Of a stretch of 64,000 nucleotides of DNA, positions 19,489 to 28,505 are shown one piece after another (positions within the stretch are counted from its first letter, which is position 1; each line of letters opens with the position of its first letter). A program made the translations under genes and the position numbers. The stretch lies in sequence record SRR31156797_635. The stretch is one strand, 5' to 3'. The notes below the pieces were generated by a model. That model saw only the letters and a program-made list of their open reading frames with translations, ran no database searches and had not been told where the DNA came from.

Positions 19489-20409
19489 GTGAAACTATCT
19501 AGCTTTTTAAGTCTTATTATATCTCTGGTATTTTTTGTGGGGTGCAACACAAATGCTAAACAAAATAAGAATCGTGAGAATTTAACATCAGAAAATGAGT
19601 CTAAGACATATCTACCTAAATTGGTAACCGATCAATTGGCTAAGGAAGTTGAGGAACAATCGGGGATGGTGTATTATGATAATTTATTTTGGGTAAATAA
19701 CGATAGCGATTGCCCTGCTGAATTGTATGCCTATGATTTATCTGGAAAACTTAAAAAAACCATTAAAATTTTAAACGCTAATAATATAGATTGGGAAGAT
19801 CTTACTGATGATGAAGATTTTTTTTACATAGGAGATTTTGGAAACAATTTTGGGATACGAAAAAATCTGAGAATTCTTAGAGTTGCCAAATCAGAAATAG
19901 GAGAAGGTGAGAGGGGTGAAATGAATGCAGACATCATTACTTTTGACTGGAAGGATCAAATTGATTTTAAAAAAAGAAAACACGATCACGATTTCGATTG
20001 TGAAGCGTTCTTTTCTTATGGAGATTCTCTTTATCTATTCACAAAAAATTGGGCGAACTACAAGACCAGAATGTATGTGATGGACAAAAAGTTAATACAT
20101 CATTCGTTGCAGCCAAAAATGGAATTTGATATTGACTTTATGGTAACAGGAGCCGATATTAGTTCTGATGGAAAGAATCTTGCCTTGGTGGGATATAAGG
20201 ATTACAAAACTTATATGTATTTGTTTTCGAATTATTCAGAACTAAATTTTGATCAAGGGAAACAGATTCGCATAGATATGAGTCCTTTGGGAGGTGCACA
20301 AACCGAAGGTGTAGTATATGATGATGCGGATTCATTATTTATTAGTACTGAAGCCACAAAGCAACCACAAGCATTGTACAAGGTAGATTGGGAGCAATGG
20401 ATGAATTAA
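19489..20409 (+). CDS. Putative lipoprotein, beta-propeller-like, function unknown
   Basis: Lipobox FVGC; E.SG, NDS, DWEDL, IGDFGNN, FDCEA and QTEGV motifs. Confidence 0.7.
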   Translation: MKLSSFLSLIISLVFFVGCNTNAKQNKNRENLTSENESKTYLPKLVTDQLAKEVEEQSGMVYYDNLFWVNNDSDCPAELYAYDLSGKLKKTIKILNANNIDWEDLTDDEDFFYIGDFGNNFGIRKNLRILRVAKSEIGEGERGEMNADIITFDWKDQIDFKKRKHDHDFDCEAFFSYGDSLYLFTKNWANYKTRMYVMDKKLIHHSLQPKMEFDIDFMVTGADISSDGKNLALVGYKDYKTYMYLFSNYSELNFDQGKQIRIDMSPLGGAQTEGVVYDDADSLFISTEATKQPQALYKVDWEQWMN

Positions 20410-20429
20410 ACTCATTACTCCCTTAATAT

Positions 20430-21872
20430 TTATTTCATTCTAAAATAGCGATCTGAGTTAGGATAGTCTACCTGACTGTTAATATCAGTAAGATATGAAA
20501 TGATACTTTCAGCATCTGTTTGGCTTTGTTTTACACCATTTTCTGGGAAAAAAGAATGATGGACTGCTGCAATGTAATCGTTCATTCCAAGTGTAAGTAT
20601 GGTATCATCCGGCAGAGTGTTGCCTTGTAGGTCTTTGATGATAACATCTTGATCTGCTTGACTGATTTGAATTCCAGAATAATAAAATCCAGAACCAGAA
20701 TTGCGAAGAAATTTTTTGATATCAAAAACTGACATTTCATAGATTATGGTTCCATTGTTAAAGGGGGAGATTTCATAAATTTCTCGTTTGGTGATATCTC
20801 CTTCATCAAGACTTGATCTTACACCTCCTGAATTCTGAAAAGAAAGATCAACATCCAATTGTAGTCGCAAAGCATCAGTATAAAAACATCCAACCTGACT
20901 TCTACTGTGGTATCTATTCGAGTAACCAATTACATCAGTTAGGTAGGGTTCATCATTGTAATCATCAATAATTGCTTTGATCTCAGAATCAAACTCGCTT
21001 TGTTTATTCAAGTCAATCAATTCAAAATTAAGATCTGTAATTTTTTTATTTTGAAGAGTCAAGTGAATTTTACCTAAATAATTAAGATAGCCACCTGATT
21101 GAAATATTGGAATTCCATTGACCGTTCTGTTTACTTTTGCATGAGAATGACCACCTATAATTAAATCAAAATAGGGAAACTTATTCGCAACTTGATTATC
21201 TCCAAGTACGTTGTCGTTTCCATTGTCTCCCAAATGACTTAAGCAGATGTATAAATCCGATTCTTCTTCAGTTTTTATATTTGAATAAAGAGAAATAATA
21301 TCTTCCGGTCTGTTGAAAGATATATCCTGAACTCTCCAGGGATGTGTGGAAGGAATGGTTGCATCCTCTTTTCCATTGGTCTCAACCAAGCCTAAAAATG
21401 TTACTTTAATATTATCTTTTGTAATACTTACATATTCCAGTGGATCTGGCAATATACTTCCATCTGTATCTACATTTGCGCAAATCCAGTCGAAGTTTGA
21501 TTGTTCCATTCTATCCTTCAAATTCTCTAAGCCATAATCAAATTCATGATTTCCTAAAGTGGCTACATCAAATCCAACTTTGTTCATCAAATCGATTAAT
21601 GGATAACCTTTTTGAGGGTGATTGTCAACGGTAGGATTTCCGGAAAACAGATCTCCTGCGCTTACAACTATTACTTCATTTTTAGTTCGTTGGTCATCTA
21701 CAATGTATTTCACTTTCGAAAAATTATCTATCTGGGCATGTACATCATTAACACAGAAAATTGTAAGTGTTTTTACCGTATCATCAATAGGAGGAGCTTT
21801 TTCATCTTTACTATCTGAACATGATGCAAAAATGAGCAGGGCAATTAAAAAGTAGAATAAATTATTTTTCAT
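20430..21872 (-). CDS. Bifunctional metallophosphatase / 5'-nucleotidase lipoprotein
   Basis: NDVH, AGD, GNHEFDYG, SHLG, GGHSH and NSGGVR motifs. Confidence 0.9.
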   Translation of the reverse strand: MKNNLFYFLIALLIFASCSDSKDEKAPPIDDTVKTLTIFCVNDVHAQIDNFSKVKYIVDDQRTKNEVIVVSAGDLFSGNPTVDNHPQKGYPLIDLMNKVGFDVATLGNHEFDYGLENLKDRMEQSNFDWICANVDTDGSILPDPLEYVSITKDNIKVTFLGLVETNGKEDATIPSTHPWRVQDISFNRPEDIISLYSNIKTEEESDLYICLSHLGDNGNDNVLGDNQVANKFPYFDLIIGGHSHAKVNRTVNGIPIFQSGGYLNYLGKIHLTLQNKKITDLNFELIDLNKQSEFDSEIKAIIDDYNDEPYLTDVIGYSNRYHSRSQVGCFYTDALRLQLDVDLSFQNSGGVRSSLDEGDITKREIYEISPFNNGTIIYEMSVFDIKKFLRNSGSGFYYSGIQISQADQDVIIKDLQGNTLPDDTILTLGMNDYIAAVHHSFFPENGVKQSQTDAESIISYLTDINSQVDYPNSDRYFRMK

Positions 21873-22013
21873 AGCTGTGATTTGTTTTATTGTAAAGACA
21901 AATGTATTTAATTTTTGAGAGTAATATCAATCTTTCGTTCGATAGAGTCCTGTAAAGTATTTCATGTTTCTTCGGTTGAAGTAGAATCAATTTAAATAAT
22001 CTTGCACTTTGAT

Positions 22014-22043
22014 TTTGAAATCCTTAAAAAGCGTGTAATTTTG
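22014..22043 (+). promoter_or_regulatory. Bacteroidota housekeeping promoter for queE
   Basis: TTTG-N18-TAATTTTG. Confidence 0.6.
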
Positions 22044-22101
22044 CAGTCCGTTTACTGAACAACCAAAATATTCGGATTGTATTACTGTAAATAAGAGAGA
22101 T

Positions 22102-22737
22102 TTGAAAGATAAGTACAAAGAAATATTCGATAAAGGAACAGATTTACCTCTGGTTGAGGATTTCTATACCATACAGGGCGAGGGATATCATACGGGGAAA
22201 CCAGCCTATTTTATTCGTATTGGTGGATGTGATATCGGTTGCAGATGGTGCGATAGTAAGATATCGTGGAATCCATCTGAGCATCGATTAATATCTGTTG
22301 AGGAGGTAGTAAGAAAAGCGGTTGAGTCGCCAGCAAAATCGGTTGTTGTTACTGGTGGAGAGCCATCGCTGTATAATTTGGAACCCCTTTGTACTGAATT
22401 AAAGAAGCATAACATTGAAAATTTTCTGGAAACTTCTGGAGCTTACGAAATTAGTGGGCAATGGGATTGGATTTGTTTATCGCCAAAACGAAATAAACTT
22501 CCTGTGCCATCCTCATATCAAAAAGCTAATGAGTTAAAAGTAATCATTTACGATTTAGAAAAAGATTTTGAATGGGCGGAGGAGTTATCCAAAAATGTTG
22601 GCGATGATTGTTTGTTATATTTACAGTCGGAATGGAGTCAATATGTTCACAATGTAAAACCAATTGTGGAGTATGTAAAGAACAATCCAAAGTGGAATAT
22701 TTCATTGCAATCACATAAGTTTATGAGAATTCCATAA
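22102..22737 (+). CDS. queE: 7-carboxy-7-deazaguanine synthase (radical SAM)
   Basis: FYTIQGEG, CxxxCxxC (CDIGCRWC), TGGEP, ETSG, LSPK and SLQSHK. Confidence 0.92.
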   Translation: MKDKYKEIFDKGTDLPLVEDFYTIQGEGYHTGKPAYFIRIGGCDIGCRWCDSKISWNPSEHRLISVEEVVRKAVESPAKSVVVTGGEPSLYNLEPLCTELKKHNIENFLETSGAYEISGQWDWICLSPKRNKLPVPSSYQKANELKVIIYDLEKDFEWAEELSKNVGDDCLLYLQSEWSQYVHNVKPIVEYVKNNPKWNISLQSHKFMRIP

Positions 22738-22757
22738 GAGAAAGATATATTATCATA

Positions 22758-22806
22758 TAGGGTAGAAAGGGCATTCAAATTTTTGAATGCCCTTTTCTTT
22801 GCCCTA
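22758..22806. terminator. Bidirectional terminator between queE and the porin gene
   Basis: AAAGGGCATTCAAA-TT-TTTGAATGCCCTTT with extended outer pairing. Confidence 0.8.
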
Positions 22807-22837
22807 AACTAATAAGCTAAAGTATAAACTATTGCGA

Positions 22838-23581
22838 TTAAAATGTAACTCCAAATACAAGGAATAAGTTTTCTGCCATTGGGTTAGCAACAACAGAAGC
22901 TGAAAGAGGAAGAGAGAATTTTTCAGTAATGCTCACTACTTTTGAGGCGGTAAAACCTAGATTTACAAAACCTGAAGTGTCACCATAAAAACCGGACTCA
23001 CCTTTATCCTCATCGGCATCAATTGGTGTAAAGCCTGCAAATAAATCAATATCAACTTTTTTGTATGAGAAGCTATGTCCAAGCTCTATATATAAAGAAT
23101 ACTGCTGATCTCCGTTTGCATCTTGATCGGCTCCCCAAAAGTTCATTGCTGCCATTATGCTGATAGGGAATCCGTCTGTTCCATTAAAAGCTAATGTTCC
23201 TTCAAGAATATGACCAGAGGACTCCTTCTTATAGTCAAAATAGCTATTGTTTACTGCTATGTTGTCTGTGGGAAAAAAGTAGTCGGTTAATGTTGCTGTG
23301 AATAAATCATCGGCAAAAGTGTATGATACATATATATCTGCTTCGGCTCCATCCTTATCACCATTTTGTGCATACGACCCCCAGACCCCGATTGCAAATC
23401 CATCTTTGCTGTACTCAACAGCAGGTTGAATTACTGGTCCGGTTGAAAATTGTGTCCCTCTCCAGATGTATCTGCTCATTAAATCAGCTCCGAAAGAGAG
23501 TTCGCCTTCCTGTGCAGATGATGTTCCTATCAGCATTATCATACCGATTAACAATGTGATAAATTTTCGTACTTTCAACAT
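22838..23581 (-). CDS. Putative outer-membrane porin (TorF/TIGR02001-like beta-barrel); likely start ATG 23581
   Basis: Signal peptide; GADLMSRYIWRG, P..QP and E.D.Y..Y motifs; C-terminal Phe. Confidence 0.7.
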   Translation of the reverse strand: MLKVRKFITLLIGMIMLIGTSSAQEGELSFGADLMSRYIWRGTQFSTGPVIQPAVEYSKDGFAIGVWGSYAQNGDKDGAEADIYVSYTFADDLFTATLTDYFFPTDNIAVNNSYFDYKKESSGHILEGTLAFNGTDGFPISIMAAMNFWGADQDANGDQQYSLYIELGHSFSYKKVDIDLFAGFTPIDADEDKGESGFYGDTSGFVNLGFTASKVVSITEKFSLPLSASVVANPMAENLFLVFGVTF

Positions 23582-23654
23582 AGTAATAGATTTTAAGATT
23601 AATAAAAAAGGTAAATAGTTATATCTCAAAATTGTGATTTTGTAATTTTTTCAG

Positions 23655-23699
23655 ATAAAAACAAATCCCACCCCCTCGAAAGAGGGGGTAGGAGCTTGT
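23655..23699 (-). terminator. Terminator-like hairpin in the porin leader
   Basis: Minus strand CCTACCCCCTC-TTTC-GAGGGGGTGGG then ATTTGTTTTT. Confidence 0.55.
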
Positions 23700-24043
23700 A
23701 AGAATCAACTAATTTTTATCTTAACCCATGCATCCTAGGGGTTTTATTTTTAAAAGTATTAAAATATTTAATTCGAGCACTATTTTTATAGGGGCATTTC
23801 ACTAAAAAGTGTATATTTTTTTGCGCAAAGGTTTTAAAAGAGGGGGGGGGTGCGTTAAAAAATGTCTTTTTGAATAATTGTTATTGCTTAAAGTGTAGAC
23901 ATTGTGAGTTTTTGCAACTTAATTTATGATTGTAGTTTTTTGTATTGAATATAAATTGAGATATTTTCTCATGAAATCATATTTGTTACCTGAAAAAATA
24001 TCGATCTTCGTATAACAAAATTAAAAATCAATAAATAAAAACT

Positions 24044-24622
24044 ATGGACAAGAGTTTAAAAGGGACCGAAACAGAAAAGAATCTTTTAAAGGCATTTGCT
24101 GGTGAATCTCAAGCTCGAAGTAGATATACTTATTTTGCAAAGCAAGCTAAGAAGGAAGGTTATGAGCAAATTGCTGCTATTTTTATGGAAACTGCAGAGC
24201 AGGAAATGCAGCATGCAAAACGTTTTTTTAAGTTTTTAGAAGGTGGTGATGTGGAAATTACAGCTGCTTTTCCAGCTGGTTCTATTGGAACAACTGCCGA
24301 AAATTTAAAAGCTGCAGCTTGTGGTGAAAACGAAGAGTACACCGAATTATATCCAGAGTTTGCAAAAATTGCAGCAGAGGAAGGTTTCAAAAAAGTAGCT
24401 TCTGCATTTAAGTTAATTTCTAAGGTTGAAGAAATGCACGAGCAAAGATACCTGAAGCTTTTGGCAAATCTTGAGGAAGAAAAGGTATTTGAATCTGAAG
24501 AAAAAGAGGAATGGTATTGCCGAAATTGCGGATATGTTCATGAAGGAACAAAAGCACCTAATATGTGTCCTGCTTGTGAGCATCCTCAATCCTATTTTGA
24601 GAAAAAAGCGAAGAACTACTAG
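24044..24622 (+). CDS. rbr: Rubrerythrin
   Basis: AFAGESQA, E..H diiron motifs, and C-terminal CxxC...CxxC rubredoxin domain. Confidence 0.95.
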   Translation: MDKSLKGTETEKNLLKAFAGESQARSRYTYFAKQAKKEGYEQIAAIFMETAEQEMQHAKRFFKFLEGGDVEITAAFPAGSIGTTAENLKAAACGENEEYTELYPEFAKIAAEEGFKKVASAFKLISKVEEMHEQRYLKLLANLEEEKVFESEEKEEWYCRNCGYVHEGTKAPNMCPACEHPQSYFEKKAKNY

Positions 24623-24640
24623 TAGTTTACATCCTATATT

Positions 24641-24674
24641 AAAAAGAGCCTCTGATTTCAGAAGCTCTTTTTTT
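24641..24674. terminator. Bidirectional terminator between rbr and trmD
   Basis: AAAAAGAGCCTCTGA-T-TTCAGAAGCTCTTTTTTT. Confidence 0.8.
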
Positions 24675-24677
24675 ATT

Positions 24678-25355
24678 TTACTCGTCCAGCAAATCTGGGC
24701 GTAATTTTTTTGTACGCAGATAAGCTTGATCTTCTTGCCATTTTTCAATTTTTTTATGATCTCCGGAAAGTAGAATGTCCGGAACTTTCCATCCTCTGAA
24801 TTCTGCAGGTCTGGTATAGATTGGCGGCGAAAGTAAATTATCCTGAAAAGAATCAGTTAAGGCTGAAGTTTCATCATTCATAGCGCCAGGAATTAAACGC
24901 ACTACACTATCGGTTATTATCGCAGCAGCAAGCTCTCCACCAGTTAAAACAAAATCACCTATTGAGATTTCCTTACTGATAAAATGATCTCTGATACGTT
25001 GATCTATGCCTTTGTAGTGTCCGCAAAGAATCATGATATTTTCTTTTAAAGACAATGTATTTGCTGTTTTTTGATCGTATTGATCGCCATCGGGAGTGGT
25101 GAAAATGATTTCATCATATTTTCTTTGATCCGTTAAGTGTTCAATAGCTTTAACAACAGGCTCCAGGCGCATTACCATGCCGGCACCACCACTAAATGCG
25201 TAGTCGTCTACTTTATTGTGCTTGTCTTCCGAGAAATCACGAATATTGTGTATGTGAATTTCAACAACACCCTTGTCTTTTGCTCTTTGTATTATGGAAT
25301 GGTTCAACGGACTTTCCAATAGTTCAGGAACCACTGTTAATATATCAATTCTCAT
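24678..25355 (-). CDS. trmD: tRNA (guanine-N1)-methyltransferase
   Basis: VDD...[28 protein letters not shown] and YTRP. Confidence 0.96.
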   Translation of the reverse strand: MRIDILTVVPELLESPLNHSIIQRAKDKGVVEIHIHNIRDFSEDKHNKVDDYAFSGGAGMVMRLEPVVKAIEHLTDQRKYDEIIFTTPDGDQYDQKTANTLSLKENIMILCGHYKGIDQRIRDHFISKEISIGDFVLTGGELAAAIITDSVVRLIPGAMNDETSALTDSFQDNLLSPPIYTRPAEFRGWKVPDILLSGDHKKIEKWQEDQAYLRTKKLRPDLLDE

Positions 25356-25438
25356 TTTTTCAAATTTTGTGTAAAAGTATACATCACATACTTCTGTTGC
25401 AAGTAATTTAAAATTGAGAGTGAGAAATGTGTATTTAG

Positions 25439-25542
25439 TGACAATATGACATTATGAAGCTCATGTAAGAAGACAATATGGCACTACTGAAGAGTCAATT
25501 GATGACGAAAGTGAAGCAAAAAGCAAACGGCACAGACATTGA
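25439..25542 (+). promoter_or_regulatory. Candidate heat-shock regulatory repeats upstream of Hsp20
   Basis: TGACAATATGACA (25439), AGACAATATGGCA (25471), GGCACAGACATTGA (25529). Confidence 0.45.
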
Positions 25543-25623
25543 AAGATGTTGATCGAAAATTATTAGATAATGATCGGAATCCGGAACCGAATAGTAAATA
25601 AATTTAAAAAGGAGATTTAAGTT

Positions 25624-26061
25624 ATGACAGTTTTAAGATATTCGAAAAGACCGAGTGATTTTTTTACAAATCAGTTAATGAATCAATTGTTTAGAGAAAC
25701 ACAAGATAGTTTTAGAAATGTAGTTGAAAGAGAGAGCAATTTTCGACCTGGTACAAATGTAATGGAAGAGGAGGATTACTATTTAATTGAAATGGCTATA
25801 CCTGGATTCTCTAAAGAGGAGGTCAGTGTAAAAGTAGAAGAGGGATATATCAAGATTTCGGGACAGAAAGAAACGGGTAAGACTGATAAGAAATACCTTA
25901 GAAAGGAATTTGGTTTTAGCAAGTTGGAACGCAGTTTTATACTTTCAGATACGGTGAATCAGAAAAATATTTCGGCTGAGGTAAAAGATGGTATATTGAA
26001 CGTAATTCTTCCAAAAATTAAGAAAGAGGAACAGACCGTTCAGAATATAGAGATTAAATAA
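25624..26061 (+). CDS. Hsp20/alpha-crystallin small heat shock protein
   Basis: P.TNV.E..D.Y.IE.A.PG..KE, R.EF....ERSF.L and A...DGIL.V.LPK. Confidence 0.92.
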   Translation: MTVLRYSKRPSDFFTNQLMNQLFRETQDSFRNVVERESNFRPGTNVMEEEDYYLIEMAIPGFSKEEVSVKVEEGYIKISGQKETGKTDKKYLRKEFGFSKLERSFILSDTVNQKNISAEVKDGILNVILPKIKKEEQTVQNIEIK

Positions 26062-26157
26062 TTCGTTTAAAGTGGTTTAATGCAAATAAGGCTTATGAGT
26101 AGAGAAAAAACCGAATAATTGGTAACATTTGGCTTAGTTAATTAGTTTGTTTTAGTT

Positions 26158-26191
26158 AAGAGGTTCATGCAAAGCGTGAACCTCTTTGTTT
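26158..26191 (+). terminator. Rho-independent terminator about 100 nt after the Hsp20 stop
   Basis: AAGAGGTTCATGC-AAA-GCGTGAACCTCTT followed by TGTTTT. Confidence 0.8.
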
Positions 26192-26335
26192 TAGGGGAAA
26201 AGAAAAAAGCTGAAAATCTTTGAGGATTAGGACATAATTAGTTAAATTCGTAAGTGGATGCCTTTAGAATTCCTTGAAATTGTATTGTTAACGCGGGTTT
26301 TCGTTCAGTCGAAAATCTAATCTAACTCAAATTGC

Positions 26336-28303
26336 ATGAAAGATCTGTCAAACCCCTCACATGAGAATGAATTAAATGAAAATTTAGAAGAGAAAGATAA
26401 GACTGCTGAGTCTCATGAAACCAAAAATGTAGAAGAAAAATCCATTGAAAGTACAGAATCATCTCCAAAAACTGAGATTGAAAAAGTAGAAGAAATCAAT
26501 CAGCCTGAAAAGGAGGAAGTTGTGGTGAATGCTACAGCAGATGCTCCTGTGGAAAATGAAGAGAAAGACTCTGAACTACAAAAGGAACCGGATTACACTC
26601 TTATGGAGAAATCGGAACTAAGAGACAGATTAATTTTCTTGTTAGAGAATGATTCACTTGCGGGAGTGAAAGAAAAAATTGCTTCCATTAAGTTGAATTT
26701 CTTTAAGAAACACAATGAAGAAGTTGCTACAGCTAAAAAGAAATTTTTAGATGAGGGAGGTAGAGAAGATGAATTCGATTTTGGTAAGGATGAGGTTGAA
26801 GTACAGGTTAAAGAATTGTTTAGAAAATACAAGGAGAAAAAATCAGAAGTTAGCCGAAATTTAGAACACGAGAAAGAGGAAAACTTAAAGAAGAAATACC
26901 AGATTATTGAGGATATTAAAGATTTGGTGAATAGAAAAGAGGCTTTCGATAAAACTTTTCATGAATTTAGAGAACTACAAAAGAAATGGCACGAAACAGG
27001 AATGGTACCACAACAGGCATTAAAAAATCTGTGGGACAATTACCATCATCATGTTGAGAATTTCTATGATTATATCAAAATTAATAAAGAATTGCGTGAT
27101 CTTGATTTGAAGAAAAATATGACTTCAAAAATTAGATTGTGTGAAGAAGCAGAGAAGTTATTAAATGAATCATCAGCAGTGAAAGCTTTTAATACACTTC
27201 AGAAATATCACGAACAGTGGAGAGAAATTGGACCTGTGCCTCGCGATGAGAAGGAGAATTTATGGGCTCGGTTTAAAGAATCGACAACCATTATCAATAA
27301 AAGGCATCAAGAATTTTATGAAGGTTTAAAATCGGAACAGAAGGTTAATTTAGAGAAGAAGGCAGTACTTTGCGAGAAGGCGGAAGAAATTGCCAATCGA
27401 AAGATTGATTCGCATAAAGACTGGAATGCTACTTCGAAAGAGATAATAGATCTGCAAAAAGAGTGGAGAACTATAGGTTTTGCTCCAAAGAAAGATAATA
27501 ATCGAATCTATCAAAGATTTCGTGCAGCTTGCGACTTGTATTTCGATAGAAAAAGAGAATTCTATTTGGTGTTGAAAGAAAAGTTGAACGAAAATCTGGT
27601 TAAGAAACAAGAACTTTGCAAAACAGCAGAAAGCTTGCAGGATAGTGATGATTGGAAAGTAACAACCGATAAGCTGATTGCCATTCAAAAACAGTGGAAG
27701 ACAATTGGACCTGTACCGAGAAAAGTTTCAGAAGATCTTTGGGTAAGATTCAGAGCCGCTTGCGATAAATTTTTCAATAACAAATCGGAGCATTTCGAGA
27801 ATGCGGATTCAGGACAGGTTGAGAATTTGAAATTGAAGGAAGCTTTGATAGAGAAGGTAACTGCCTGCGAATTATCAGAAGACAATGATAGAAATTTAGA
27901 GTTGTTGAGACAGTTCCAGAAAGAGTGGTCTCAGATTGGTCATGTTCCTTACAAGAAGAAAGATCGAGTTCAGGAAGCATTCCGCAAAGCGGTTAATGGC
28001 TTGTACGATAAAATGAACATGGACAGTGAGAATATGGAGGTTCAGAAATTCAAGTCCAAGATCGATAATTTGTTGACCATGAGTAATTCTGAAGATAAGA
28101 TCATTTTCGAACGCAATAAGATTGTAAATAAAATCAGACAGATGGAAAGTGACATTGCACTTTGGGAAAACAATGTAGGCTTCTTCTCATCTTCACCAAA
28201 CTCCAGTGTTGTTGCTGAAATTAAAGAGAAAATAGAGAAAGGAAAACAAAATCTTAACATTCTGAATCAGAAATTGAAAGTGATTGATGGTTTGGTTTCC
28301 TAG
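26336..28303 (+). CDS. DUF349 domain coiled-coil protein
   Basis: Repeated LQ..W..IG.VP......LW.RF..A...FF units; acidic N-terminus. Confidence 0.88.
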   Translation: MKDLSNPSHENELNENLEEKDKTAESHETKNVEEKSIESTESSPKTEIEKVEEINQPEKEEVVVNATADAPVENEEKDSELQKEPDYTLMEKSELRDRLIFLLENDSLAGVKEKIASIKLNFFKKHNEEVATAKKKFLDEGGREDEFDFGKDEVEVQVKELFRKYKEKKSEVSRNLEHEKEENLKKKYQIIEDIKDLVNRKEAFDKTFHEFRELQKKWHETGMVPQQALKNLWDNYHHHVENFYDYIKINKELRDLDLKKNMTSKIRLCEEAEKLLNESSAVKAFNTLQKYHEQWREIGPVPRDEKENLWARFKESTTIINKRHQEFYEGLKSEQKVNLEKKAVLCEKAEEIANRKIDSHKDWNATSKEIIDLQKEWRTIGFAPKKDNNRIYQRFRAACDLYFDRKREFYLVLKEKLNENLVKKQELCKTAESLQDSDDWKVTTDKLIAIQKQWKTIGPVPRKVSEDLWVRFRAACDKFFNNKSEHFENADSGQVENLKLKEALIEKVTACELSEDNDRNLELLRQFQKEWSQIGHVPYKKKDRVQEAFRKAVNGLYDKMNMDSENMEVQKFKSKIDNLLTMSNSEDKIIFERNKIVNKIRQMESDIALWENNVGFFSSSPNSSVVAEIKEKIEKGKQNLNILNQKLKVIDGLVS

Positions 28304-28325
28304 ATCAAATAGAATAATTACAAAG

Positions 28326-28358
28326 AAAGCATTCTCACGAAATTGGGAATGTTTTTTT
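28326..28358 (+). terminator. Rho-independent terminator
   Basis: AAAGCATTCTCA...TGGGAATGTTTTTTT. Confidence 0.7.
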
Positions 28359-28464
28359 GTTGTGATAGGTAGAGCGACAAGATTTTCGGACTTTGCAAAA
28401 TAAAATAATCATGCATTCATGGTCTGAAACATGGAAATTGTTTCTTAAAAAACTATAAAATGAC

Positions 28465-28472
28465 TACTTTTG
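28465..28472 (+). promoter_or_regulatory. -7 promoter element for pyrG-yidC
   Basis: TACTTTTG matches TAnnTTTG, 33 nt before the GTG start. Confidence 0.55.
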
Positions 28473-28505
28473 CAGCTTTATTAATCCAGTAAAACGTATA
28501 GAATA

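Noticed and set aside
23666-23693. Fourth copy of the DUF559-associated repeat
   Set aside because: A single C/G-run hairpin lacking the CAGCCCCTTCTCC core and GGGTGAGG end; treated as a leader terminator
25570-25595. RNA thermometer (ROSE-like) before Hsp20
   Set aside because: The small hairpin does not cover the start region and lacks a recognisable ROSE or fourU motif
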